A stretch of 64,000 nt of DNA from an uncultured Acidobacteriota bacterium (GCA_902826065.1 CADEDM010000001.1:23340-87339), one strand, 5' to 3'. Counted from the first letter of the stretch, positions 25,601-32,842 are shown. The notes: generated by a model not told the origin, from the letters alone. Numbers and translations are program-made.

Positions 25601-27356
25601 CGCGGGCAACGTCGAGACCTTCGTGTCGGCAGGCCGCATGGGCGCCAACCTGCTGACCCACCTGCTCGGCCAGACCGTCGAGGAAGTGGCGGAGAAGGTC
25701 GCCGCCTACCGCGCGGCTTGGCGCGACGCCGGGCACGCGGGGCGTGGCATCGTGACGCTGATGCTCCACACGTTCGTGGGCCCCGACCCTGACGAGGTCG
25801 AGCGCATCGTGCGCGGACCGATGAAGGAGTATCTGCGCAGCGCCGCCAACCTGGTCAAGGCCGCCGCCTGGCAGTTCCCGACGTTCAAGCGCCTGTCGGA
25901 CGAACAGGGCAAGACCCTCGACGATTTCTTCAACACGATCGCCGAGGACGACATGGATGCCCTGCTGGAGTTCGCATTCCAGCGCTACTTCCGCACGAGC
26001 GGTCTGTTCGGCACCGTCGAGGAGTGCCAGGCGATGGTGGGGCGCGTCGACGGGGCCGACATCGACGAGATCGCGTGCCTGATCGACTACGGCATCGACA
26101 CCGACGTCGTGCTCGAGCATCTGCCGTACCTGAACGCTCTGCGCGAGTCGGTGCAGGCGCGTGGCGACGATCGCCGCCACTCCCTCGCCGGCCTGCTCGG
26201 CAGCGGCGTCATCACACACTTCCAGTGCACGCCGTCGATGGCGCGGATGGTGCTCGCAGAGCCGGCCGCGACCGTGGCTCTTGGCGAGCTCCGCGAGGTC
26301 CTAGTCGGAGGGGAAGCGTTGCCCCCCGACGTCGCCGACGCCCTCGCGACGGCGGCGCCGGGGCGCGTGACCAACGTCTATGGCCCGACCGAGACGACCG
26401 TCTGGTCGGCGGCCAGCCGCGTCAGTCCTGGCGGCGGCGCGGTGCCGATCGGCACGCCGTTGCTGAACCAGCAGCTCTACGTGCTCGATAGCGTGGGCCG
26501 GCCGCTGCCGCCTGGCGTACCTGGCGAGCTCGTCATCGGCGGCATGGGAGTCACGCGCGGCTACTGGAACCTCGACGCCAGCACGCGTGAGCGTTTCGTG
26601 GCGGACACTCTGTCGCCACGTCCCGCAGCGCGGATGTATCGCACCGGCGATCGTGGGCGCGTGCGGCCGGATGGGCAGTTCGAGTGTCTCGGGCGGCTCG
26701 ACCAGCAGGTCAAGATCCGCGGCTACCGCGTCGAGCCCGGCGAGATCGAGGCGCGGCTGTGCGAACATGCCGGCATCGCCGAAGCGGCCGTGATGCTGCG
26801 CGAGGATCGTCCGGGCGACCAGCGTCTGGTCGCCTACGTGCGCCCGGCCCCGAGCCAGCGACCGGCACCTGACGACGTTCGCCGCCATGCCGCCGAGCGC
26901 CTGCCCGAGTACATGGTGCCGTCGATGGTCGTCGTGCTCGACCAGATGCCGCGGACACCGAACGGCAAGCTCGACCGTCGCGCGTTGCCCGCACCGGACT
27001 CGGTGACGGCGCCCGCGGCGCCCGCGGCGTCCGCGAGCGCTGCGACGCTGTCGACGGGCGTCTCGGAGCCGCTCGTGACCGAAGTCTGGGAACACGCGCT
27101 CGGTGTGCCGGTGCGTGGCCGCCAGGACAACTTCTTCGATCTCGGCGGGCACTCGCTGCTCGTCGTCCAGGTTCTGGCTGAGCTCCGCAAGCGAGTCAAG
27201 AAGCCGCTTGCGCTGACCGATCTCTTCAAGTACACCACGGTGGAGAGTTTGGCCGCGTTCATCGACGGTCAGCAGGTGTCGACGCGAACTCAGGCCGGAG
27301 CCCGGGCGAGTCGACGGCGCGACGCGCTCGCGCGGAGGGAACGCGCGTTCGAATGA
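22686..27356 (+). CDS. NRPS-like initiation protein: N-formyltransferase, C-domain-like remnant, adenylation domain interrupted by a luciferase-like monooxygenase, then PCP; no TE
   Basis: 1556 aa. ATGA overlap with the upstream hydrolase (22686-22689). See the domain features below. Confidence 0.95.
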   Translation: MTSETPPMSSALTVLVVGDQSLTIECSEILRAAGHTITAVVTGDARVRRWSEERGVAALPDAQTALDSPSAAAFDYLLSIANLKLLPPALVSRARFGAVNFHDGPLPRYAGLNAPAWALMAGEQQHGITWHVMTDEVDAGDVLLERAVAVDDDDTSFTLNARCYEVGIQSFAELVPRLASRSAAGAPQDLSLRTYFARAERPRGLATLDWRQPAAHLDRVVRALDFGPYRNPLAVPKVWVGSRLLVARRSQVLETGDAATPGTIKEVGERRLVVACAQGALALSDLTDMSGAAVDVRAVAAAEGLRVGSRLPVSDDARLDAVDRLAAQIAPHDGRFRALMRRFTPTEAPAAGAESTVRTWHEWDGRTARPDTLLAAIVLVLARITQSPALAFGFVPSSRAVLDGHLRAYVHDVVPVEIACADADAVAELAARVAAAAAHAETAVGMSRDLLLREGAAAALESPDRAPIRVVRATGLLPDTARAAAGAAVMTFQVTDDGRMGLLVDAGLVSPDIAREILASIGQVVPVVEDGLGRVADVDLLTRDQRERLMEWARGDAPDGVAPLPDVCVHELFEAQVARSPGHVACVCRGQELTYADLNQAANRLARHLRTSGVGTGDRVGVMVDRSLEMVVVLYAVHKAGAAYVPLDPKYPSERLGLVLAGADVRCLVVRVATSGVDAAIPQVVLEDVWPRLAELAPDNLGALATPDDLAYVIYTSGSSGTPKGVMVEHRNVVNFFAGMDRRIDRTPGTWLAVTSISFDISVLELFWTLARGFTVVLHADGPASASLVVPQAARAKGIEFGLFYWNVASPDSDHAQEKYRLLLESAKYADANGFTAVWTPERHFASFGGLYPNPAVTSAALAMVTSRVALRAGSCVVPLHHPIRIAEEWAVVDNLSGGRVGMSVASGWATPDFAIRPEAFEGSKRLLFENTAIVKRLWRGETVEFPGPKGPVQVRTLPRPLQKELPVWVTTAGNVETFVSAGRMGANLLTHLLGQTVEEVAEKVAAYRAAWRDAGHAGRGIVTLMLHTFVGPDPDEVERIVRGPMKEYLRSAANLVKAAAWQFPTFKRLSDEQGKTLDDFFNTIAEDDMDALLEFAFQRYFRTSGLFGTVEECQAMVGRVDGADIDEIACLIDYGIDTDVVLEHLPYLNALRESVQARGDDRRHSLAGLLGSGVITHFQCTPSMARMVLAEPAATVALGELREVLVGGEALPPDVADALATAAPGRVTNVYGPTETTVWSAASRVSPGGGAVPIGTPLLNQQLYVLDSVGRPLPPGVPGELVIGGMGVTRGYWNLDASTRERFVADTLSPRPAARMYRTGDRGRVRPDGQFECLGRLDQQVKIRGYRVEPGEIEARLCEHAGIAEAAVMLREDRPGDQRLVAYVRPAPSQRPAPDDVRRHAAERLPEYMVPSMVVVLDQMPRTPNGKLDRRALPAPDSVTAPAAPAASASAATLSTGVSEPLVTEVWEHALGVPVRGRQDNFFDLGGHSLLVVQVLAELRKRVKKPLALTDLFKYTTVESLAAFIDGQQVSTRTQAGARASRRRDALARRERAFE
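22719..23560 (+). other. Formyltransferase domain (Fmt/ArnA/LgrA-F-like; N- and C-subdomains)
   Basis: LTVLVVGDQSL...; catalytic Asn/His in AVNFHDGPLPRYAGLNA; Asp in HVMTDEVDAGDVLL; followed by a Formyl_trans_C-like beta-barrel (PKVWVGSRLLV...). Confidence 0.8.
24384..25035 (+). other. Adenylation domain, N-terminal portion (A1-A4)
   Basis: LTYADLNQAANRLARHL (A1), AVHKAGAAYVPLDP (A2), LAYVIYTSGSSGTPKGV (A3), SISFDISVLELF (A4; Asp235-equivalent present). Confidence 0.9.
25077..26160 (+). other. Luciferase-like monooxygenase (LLM/MOx) domain inserted between A4 and A5
   Basis: GIEFGLFYWN...YADANGFTAVWTPERHF...VVPLHHPIRIAEEWAVVDNLSGGRVGMSVASGW...VWVTTAGN.... Resembles the 'natural product biosynthesis LLM domain' (recalled as TIGR04020/MupA type). 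Confidence 0.8.
26217..26995 (+). other. Adenylation domain, C-terminal portion (A5-A10)
   Basis: NVYGPTETTVW (A5), GELVIGGMGVTRGYW (A6), YRTGDRGR (A7), KIRGYRVEPGEIE (A8), LPEYMVPS (A9), PRTPNGKLDRRAL (A10, Lys intact). Confidence 0.9.
27061..27270 (+). other. PCP/thiolation domain of the NRPS-like protein
   Basis: VTEVWEHALGVPVRGRQDNFFDLGGHSLLVVQV; Ser codon 27153-27155. Confidence 0.85.
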
Positions 27357-27384
27357 GGCGATCCGCTCCGCGAGGTCCGAGGCC

Positions 27385-28281
27385 GTGATGTCTCCCCCCC
27401 TGACCGTGTCCGTGGTCGTGCCGTGCTACAACTACGGCGCGTACCTGCCGGCGTGCCTCGATTCGGTGCTGGCGCAGACGCGGCCGGCGTTCGAGATCGT
27501 GGTCGTCGACGACGGCTCAACGGACGACACGGCAGCGGTGGTCGCGCCGTACCTGGGCGACGGCCGGGTGCACTTCCATCAGCAGGCGAACAGCGGCCAG
27601 GCGACCGCCAAGAACCTCGGCATCCGGCATTCGCGCGGCGACATCGTGGCGTTCCTCGACGCCGACGATCTATGGATGCCCGAGAAGCTCGCGCGACAGG
27701 TGCCGCTGTTCGATGATCCGGCGGTGGGCGTGACGTTCACCGGCCAGCGATCGATCGACGCCGAGGGGCGTCCGCTCGCGACGTTCGGGCGTCGCGGTTA
27801 CCTGACGTTCAGGCGCGGGCGGATCACGCCGTGGCTCGGCTTCGAGAACATCGTGCCCTTCTCGTCGTCGGCGGTGCGGCGGGCGCTGCTCGTGGAGAAC
27901 CGCGGCTTCGACACGACGCTGGGAATGGGGATCGACTGGGACCTGTGGCTGCGGCTGTCGCTGGTCACGGACTTCGACTTCGTGCCCGATCCGCTGTTCG
28001 CCTATCGCGTGCACGGCCACCAGATGTCGCGCAACCTCAGTGGCCGCATCGACGCGTCGGAGCACATCTTCCGCACGTTCGTATCGCGGCACCCCGGCGC
28101 CTTCTCAACGCAGGAACTGCAGGCCGTGGAGTTCTACAACGCGTGCTCGCGCGGCCGTGCGTTGCGCGGCGTCGACCGCTCGCGCTCCGACGCTTATTTC
28201 CGGATGGCGCTTCGGATGAAGCCGTGGTCGCCCAGACCGTACCTGGGACTGCTGAAGAACGCCGTGGCGGGCCGGCGCTAG
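27385..28281 (+). CDS. Glycosyltransferase family 2 (last gene of the + operon)
   Basis: LTVSVVVPCYNYGAYLPACLDSVLAQTRPAFEIVVVDDGSTDDT...QATAKNLGIRHSRGDIVAFLDADDLW. The start is the GTG at 27385 or the ATG at 27388. Confidence 0.85.
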   Translation: MMSPPLTVSVVVPCYNYGAYLPACLDSVLAQTRPAFEIVVVDDGSTDDTAAVVAPYLGDGRVHFHQQANSGQATAKNLGIRHSRGDIVAFLDADDLWMPEKLARQVPLFDDPAVGVTFTGQRSIDAEGRPLATFGRRGYLTFRRGRITPWLGFENIVPFSSSAVRRALLVENRGFDTTLGMGIDWDLWLRLSLVTDFDFVPDPLFAYRVHGHQMSRNLSGRIDASEHIFRTFVSRHPGAFSTQELQAVEFYNACSRGRALRGVDRSRSDAYFRMALRMKPWSPRPYLGLLKNAVAGRR

Positions 28282-28298
28282 GCCGGCCCCACCAGTCC

Positions 28299-29381
28299 TT
28301 ACTCGCCGGGAAGGACGCGCAGGTTGCGCGGCGTCGCCGGTGTCGTCGTCGAGGCTGCTCCCAGCGCGTAGCCGGGGCTCACGTTGCCCTGGTCGTCGAT
28401 CACGAAGAGGTAGAGACCGTTGGTCGACGTGAACGTGCCAGGGTTGTAGACGATGGACACGCTGTTGTTCGACCAGCTCTGGATGTTCTGGATCTCGCGG
28501 TGACGGGCGCCGTTGTACGAGCTGCTGTCGCCAATCTCCACGCGAGCGCGCGAGGTGTCGACGTAGACGTCGTCCCAGTAGGTGTAGGCATCGCCGTAGG
28601 TGGAGGGGCAGCTGCCGTCGGCCTCGTGGCTGAAGTAGTTGCCGAGCCACAGCGTGTCCCACAGCCCCTGGCCGCTCTCACGCGTGCGGAACGACCCGCG
28701 CATGTCCACGACCTTCTCGCCGTCGATCCACATCTCGCTCGTGCCGTCATCGACACCGGCGCTCGACGCCTTGAAGTAGGCCTGGATGTGCGACCACTTG
28801 CGGCTGAACGTCTGCGCCGTCTGGCCGAGCCACGTGTGGAAGTTGCCGTTGACGCCGTCCTGCGACAAGTGGCTCGATCCGATGCCCGCACAATAGAGGT
28901 TGTAGTACAGGTTCGGCGACAGGTCGATGTTGGCGTGCAGCCGGAAGATCTTGTGGTTGCGCGAGAACGGCGCCGCTGCGTCGAGGTAGTACCACGCGTC
29001 AAGGTAGATCTGCGACAGCGGCGTGCCGGAGACGCCGAAGCTCGAGCCGTAGGCACCGCCGTCGAATCGCGCGCGAACGCTCATCTGCGAATTCGATCGG
29101 CGGACCGTCGATGAATAGCGCGGCTTGTTCCCGCCACTCGTCGACCACCCGTTGCCGATGTCGACGTTGTTGGCGCCGGTCTCGAACGAGTCGAATTTGA
29201 GCGGCGCGGCCACCGGCTTGGTCCCGAAGCCGTTGCCGGAAATGTTCAGGATTTCACCGCGGTTGGGCGAGCCGCTGAGGCCCGAAACCGCCAATCCGGG
29301 AGCCGCCTGAGGTTGAGCCAGGGACAGGAGCGCGAGAGCAGCTCCGAGCGTGCAAACAAAGCGAAGGTTCCGTGCCAGCAT
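28299..29381 (-). CDS. Secreted jelly-roll (ConA/LamG-like) protein flanked by IPT/TIG-like beta-sandwich segments; possible glycan-binding or glycan-cleaving protein
   Basis: Signal peptide MLARNLRFVCTLGAALALLSLAQPQAAPG. GEILNISGNGFG is IPT-like. The core (KIFRLHANIDL...SEMWIDGEKVVDMRG...WDDVYVD) resembles lectin/lyase jelly-rolls. Codon usage is visibly less GC-biased than in the neighbouring genes. The function is a guess. Confidence 0.55.
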   Translation of the reverse strand: MLARNLRFVCTLGAALALLSLAQPQAAPGLAVSGLSGSPNRGEILNISGNGFGTKPVAAPLKFDSFETGANNVDIGNGWSTSGGNKPRYSSTVRRSNSQMSVRARFDGGAYGSSFGVSGTPLSQIYLDAWYYLDAAAPFSRNHKIFRLHANIDLSPNLYYNLYCAGIGSSHLSQDGVNGNFHTWLGQTAQTFSRKWSHIQAYFKASSAGVDDGTSEMWIDGEKVVDMRGSFRTRESGQGLWDTLWLGNYFSHEADGSCPSTYGDAYTYWDDVYVDTSRARVEIGDSSSYNGARHREIQNIQSWSNNSVSIVYNPGTFTSTNGLYLFVIDDQGNVSPGYALGAASTTTPATPRNLRVLPGE

Positions 29382-29403
29382 TCAAAACTCTCCGCGCTTC
29401 CGT

Positions 29404-29420
29404 AAGCAACTTTTGAGCCG
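29404..29420 (-). promoter_or_regulatory. Candidate sigma-54 (-24/-12) promoter for 28299-29381
   Basis: The minus strand reads cGGCtcAAAAGTTGCTt. GG-N10-GC spacing is exact and the -12 element TTGCT is perfect. The -24 element is GGCTC instead of GGCAC. It lies ~25 nt upstream of the ATG with GGAGAG between. The match is by eye only. Confidence 0.35.
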
Positions 29421-29606
29421 AATCGGGTAGGCCGCGACTTGACTGGAAACTCCAAGCGTAAGTCGCTGATTCCATGATACTTAGACCAGACGTCCAGCGA
29501 CCGATGGTGCCCCGGGGCGAGGATCGGCCGTGCTGGGTCGCGGTGGAGCTGTGAACAAACTTCGTCGCCGCGTTTCGATTCTGATCGCGCGTGACGAACC
29601 GGTGCT

Positions 29607-30986
29607 TCAGCGTCTGCGGCGCGCTCCCCACACCTGCCAGGACGTCGACAGGCCGAAGCGAACGGAATCGCGACGATAGCGCCCCGGGACACCGGCGGCG
29701 ACGATGCCGGAACCCACCAGCTTGTGCTCGTAGATTGCATAGCTGCCGAACAGCGATAGCGCCCGGAACACGTTCACCTCGATTCGCCCCGAGGCCGTGG
29801 TGGTCTCGAAGGAATTTGATTGAAGCAGCTTGGGGCTGCCGTCGGCCCGCGATGCGCTCAGCAGGACCTGGCATCGCCGGAGCGGGTTGCCCGAGAGGCC
29901 GAGGTCGGTCGCAGTCGACAGGAACGGATCGGTCGTGATGCCCGGAAGGACCACGACTGTGCGGCCGATGCCGGCATTCGCCGACCATGATCGGCCCAGG
30001 TCGATGTGACCCGTGACGCGGCCCGACGGCTCGGTGAACTCGCTCACGCCGTCGAACCCGCTGGTGTCGCCGCGGGTGATGCCGCCGCCCACTTCGATGC
30101 CCACGTTCCGGCGCGCCGACAGCGCGCGCTCGTAGCGCAGCACGAGACGCCCGGTGTGTGTCCTGACCACCTGATCGAGAGTCGTGGACACATCCTGTGT
30201 CGTGTCGTTGAAGTCGTAGGTCACGTTCGTCGTGAGGCGTCGCGACGTCCGCCAGGCGTGATTGAGCGAGAACCCGTACGCCTGTGATTCAAGCCCGCTT
30301 CCCGTTTGCGGCTTCTGCCGGAACAGCGATCCGTTGGCGCTGGTCGAGTGCCGCAATGACCACTGATAGGTCATCGACGCTGTGGGGCCGCCCGAGATCA
30401 TGCGCTGCGACGTCAACCCCTGCATCGGGCCGGGCGACAGGGCGGCGCCGTCGGCGGAGACGGCCATCGGATTGAAGAATACCGTGGGCTGCGACAGGAC
30501 GTTGCCGCCCACGGAGGCGTTGAGGCGGCGGCCGAGGCTGGTGCCGGCCTGGAGGTTTGCGGCCAGTGTGGTCAGGTTGTCGTCGATCGCGCTCGACTGG
30601 CTCGTGAACGCCAACGCCGAGGCTTCAACCGACTTCCGGCCCTTCGTCGCCGCGAAATTGGCGCCGGCGTTGACCGATGTGATGGTGCCGCTGTCGAGCG
30701 GGCCGAACGGGCCTATCGGATCTCCACCGGGCGCGGCGTCCGGCACGGAGTTGTCGTCGCGGCCGCGTGCGACGTCGAAACTGAGCGACAGTGACTTCGT
30801 CCCCCGGCCGCTCCCCGTCTGCGGCTGCTGGCGCGCCGGCGGGCGGGGCGTCGGTGCAGGAGGAGTGGTCTGGGGCGGCGTGGTCTGTGGAGGCGTCGCC
30901 TGAGCAGGCGTGGTCGTTTGCGCGGAACCGCGCACGCTGCCAGCGACGCAAGCCAGTACCGCCGAACACAGCAGGAATCGGCGCAC
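29607..30986 (-). CDS. Predicted outer-membrane beta-barrel protein of the EPS export operon
   Basis: Signal peptide MRRFLLCSAVLACVAGSVRGSAQ, then a Pro/Thr-rich tract (TTPPQTTPPQTTPP). After that come ~400 aa of alternating-polarity short strands rich in G/S/T/N, and an aromatic-rich C-terminus (FGLSTSWQVW). Its position between the Wza-like gene and the locus end matches XrtA-locus OM proteins. Confidence 0.6.
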   Translation of the reverse strand: MRRFLLCSAVLACVAGSVRGSAQTTTPAQATPPQTTPPQTTPPAPTPRPPARQQPQTGSGRGTKSLSLSFDVARGRDDNSVPDAAPGGDPIGPFGPLDSGTITSVNAGANFAATKGRKSVEASALAFTSQSSAIDDNLTTLAANLQAGTSLGRRLNASVGGNVLSQPTVFFNPMAVSADGAALSPGPMQGLTSQRMISGGPTASMTYQWSLRHSTSANGSLFRQKPQTGSGLESQAYGFSLNHAWRTSRRLTTNVTYDFNDTTQDVSTTLDQVVRTHTGRLVLRYERALSARRNVGIEVGGGITRGDTSGFDGVSEFTEPSGRVTGHIDLGRSWSANAGIGRTVVVLPGITTDPFLSTATDLGLSGNPLRRCQVLLSASRADGSPKLLQSNSFETTTASGRIEVNVFRALSLFGSYAIYEHKLVGSGIVAAGVPGRYRRDSVRFGLSTSWQVWGARRRR

Positions 30987-30997
30987 GGGTGAGGTCC

Positions 30998-31609
30998 TCA
31001 GGGAACGACGATGGTGTCGCCCGGACGCAGCACGATGTTCTGTTCGAGCTTCTTGCCGCGGCGGACGTCGTTGTAGTTGAAGCGCAGCGTCGACGTGCGA
31101 TCGCCCTCGATGCGAAGAATCGTGATGTTCTTCGCGTCCGCGAACTCGCTCAGCCCGCCGGCGAGTGCCAGCGCCTGCAACACGGTGAGCGGGCCGACCA
31201 GCGGCTGCGCTCCCGGCGCCAGCACTGCGCCGGTGACAAACACCCGGCGGCTGTTGATCGATCGCACCACGACCGCGACGTTCGGATCGGTGATGTATTT
31301 CGTGGCGGCCTTCTGCAACATCTGCTGCAGTTCCTCGGGCCGCTTGCCGGCGGCGTCCATCGGTCCGATCACCGGCAGCGAGATCTTGCCGTCGGGCCGC
31401 ACGGTCACGTCGCCGCTCAGTTCCGGCTCCCTCCAGAACACCACGCCCAGGACGTCCTGCGGGCCGATTACGTAGTCGTCGGGCACCGCGGCCGCCGGTT
31501 GCGCGGCCGCCGGCGGCGTCTTGGGTGGCGGGGCAGGCGGCGGCGCCTGCGGCTTCGCTTGCGGCGCCAGGAGAAGGGACACGAATCCAGCGAGGAGTAT
31601 GGACGTCAT
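30998..31609 (-). CDS. Polysaccharide export protein (Wza/Poly_export + SLBB; short PEP-CTERM-locus type)
   Basis: DYVIGPQDVLGVVFWREPELSGDVTVRPDGKISLPVIGPMDAAGKRPEELQ...INSRRVFVTGAV..PG...GPLTVLQALALAGGL...RPGDTIVVP. Confidence 0.85.
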   Translation of the reverse strand: MTSILLAGFVSLLLAPQAKPQAPPPAPPPKTPPAAAQPAAAVPDDYVIGPQDVLGVVFWREPELSGDVTVRPDGKISLPVIGPMDAAGKRPEELQQMLQKAATKYITDPNVAVVVRSINSRRVFVTGAVLAPGAQPLVGPLTVLQALALAGGLSEFADAKNITILRIEGDRTSTLRFNYNDVRRGKKLEQNIVLRPGDTIVVP

Positions 31610-31616
31610 GGGAGCT

Positions 31617-32663
31617 TCAGGTGAAGAAGGTAAATCGTCGCTTCCGGGCCGTGGGCACCTCGGTCGTACTCGGCCGCGGTTCGTCGCTCGACGGCGCGTT
31701 GCCGGCGGGCGCGGCGCGCCGCAGCTTCAGATCGAAATCGGCACAGACGTCGGCGACGATCGCTGCAGTCACCGGCTTGACCTGGGCGGCGAAGCCGCCG
31801 ATGAGCGAGTTGTCGCACACGACGTTGATCGTGCGCGGGATGCCGGTCGAGGCTTCGAAGATGGTCGCCACTGCGTGCGGCTCGAAGATCTCCGCCGGCA
31901 CGCCGCCCGCGATGCGCAGGCGTCCTGCGATGTACGACGCGGTCTCGGAGAGCGAGAGCGGACCGAGCTCGCAGCGCAGGGACACGCGCTGCTTGAGCTG
32001 ACGCAGCGACGGGTCGTTCAGGCGATCGGCGAGTTCCGGTTGTCCCGAGAGCACCACGCTCAGCAGTTTCGTCGTCGGCGTCTCGATGTTCCCGAGCAGG
32101 CGGATTTCCTCGAGCAGCTCGTGGGGGAGGCTCTGTGCCTCGTCGACGATCAGCCCGGTGATGCCGCCGGCGCGATGCCGGGTCTCGACGTCGTTCTGGA
32201 GCTCAGCGAGGAAGCGGGTCTTCGAGCGCGCCGCCTCGGCCGAGAGGTTGAATGCACTCGCCAGGAACTCGTAGAACTCGACGCGATTCAGCGTGGGATT
32301 GGCCAGCAGCACATACCGGCTGGGCGTGTCGGTCAGGCTGGCGAGCGCCGTGCGCACCAGGGTGGTCTTGCCGGTGCCGGCTTCTCCCAGGATCAGGGTG
32401 AAGCCCTTCGACGAGACCAGCGCGTACTTGAGATTGCTCAGCGCCTCGCGTTGCCGGCCGGTCAGGAAGACGTATCGCGGGTTGGGCGTGAGGTCAAACG
32501 GCGCTGCTGAGAGTCCGTAGTACGCGCCGTAGAGGGGCTGGCGCAGCGGGCCGCCGTCCTGAGCCACCGGCGGTTCGATCTCCGTCCGGCGCACCTCGCG
32601 CGGCGTGTCGGCGTCGTGCGCGCGCGACGCGGCCACAGGCGCCCGCACCGACTTTGACTCCAC
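31617..32663 (-). CDS. ExeA-like AAA ATPase (XrtA/PEP-CTERM system-associated ATPase type)
   Basis: YGAYYGLSAAPFDLTPNPRYVFLTGRQREALSNLKYAL; Walker A ILGEAGTGKTTL; Walker B GLIVDEAQSL; SVVLSGQPEL. Confidence 0.85.
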   Translation of the reverse strand: MESKSVRAPVAASRAHDADTPREVRRTEIEPPVAQDGGPLRQPLYGAYYGLSAAPFDLTPNPRYVFLTGRQREALSNLKYALVSSKGFTLILGEAGTGKTTLVRTALASLTDTPSRYVLLANPTLNRVEFYEFLASAFNLSAEAARSKTRFLAELQNDVETRHRAGGITGLIVDEAQSLPHELLEEIRLLGNIETPTTKLLSVVLSGQPELADRLNDPSLRQLKQRVSLRCELGPLSLSETASYIAGRLRIAGGVPAEIFEPHAVATIFEASTGIPRTINVVCDNSLIGGFAAQVKPVTAAIVADVCADFDLKLRRAAPAGNAPSSDEPRPSTTEVPTARKRRFTFFT

Positions 32664-32842
32664 AGTCTCTTATCGCATACACGGTTGTCGAAGACAAGCG
32701 TGGGCGCGATCGGGAATGCGCGCTCAACCGGTTGATCCGATTGCACTTCTTGGCACCGACCGGATGCGAGAAGAGGACCGGCAGAGGTGCCTCAGGGCAC
32801 TGCCAGCCCACGACCCCGCAGTCGGACGCGGGTGCCCGCAGC

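Noticed and set aside
23223-26219. Antisense ORFs inside the NRPS-like gene (23223-25022 and 25260-26219, minus strand)
   Set aside because: Same reasoning as for the PKS: no motifs, biased composition, and the sense frame is unambiguous.
32664-32842. TGGCAC hexamer (cttGGCACcgaccggatgc) as a sigma-54 promoter
   Set aside because: It is on the + strand with no + gene downstream, and the GC dinucleotide is 13 nt rather than 11 nt from the GG. I judge it a chance match.
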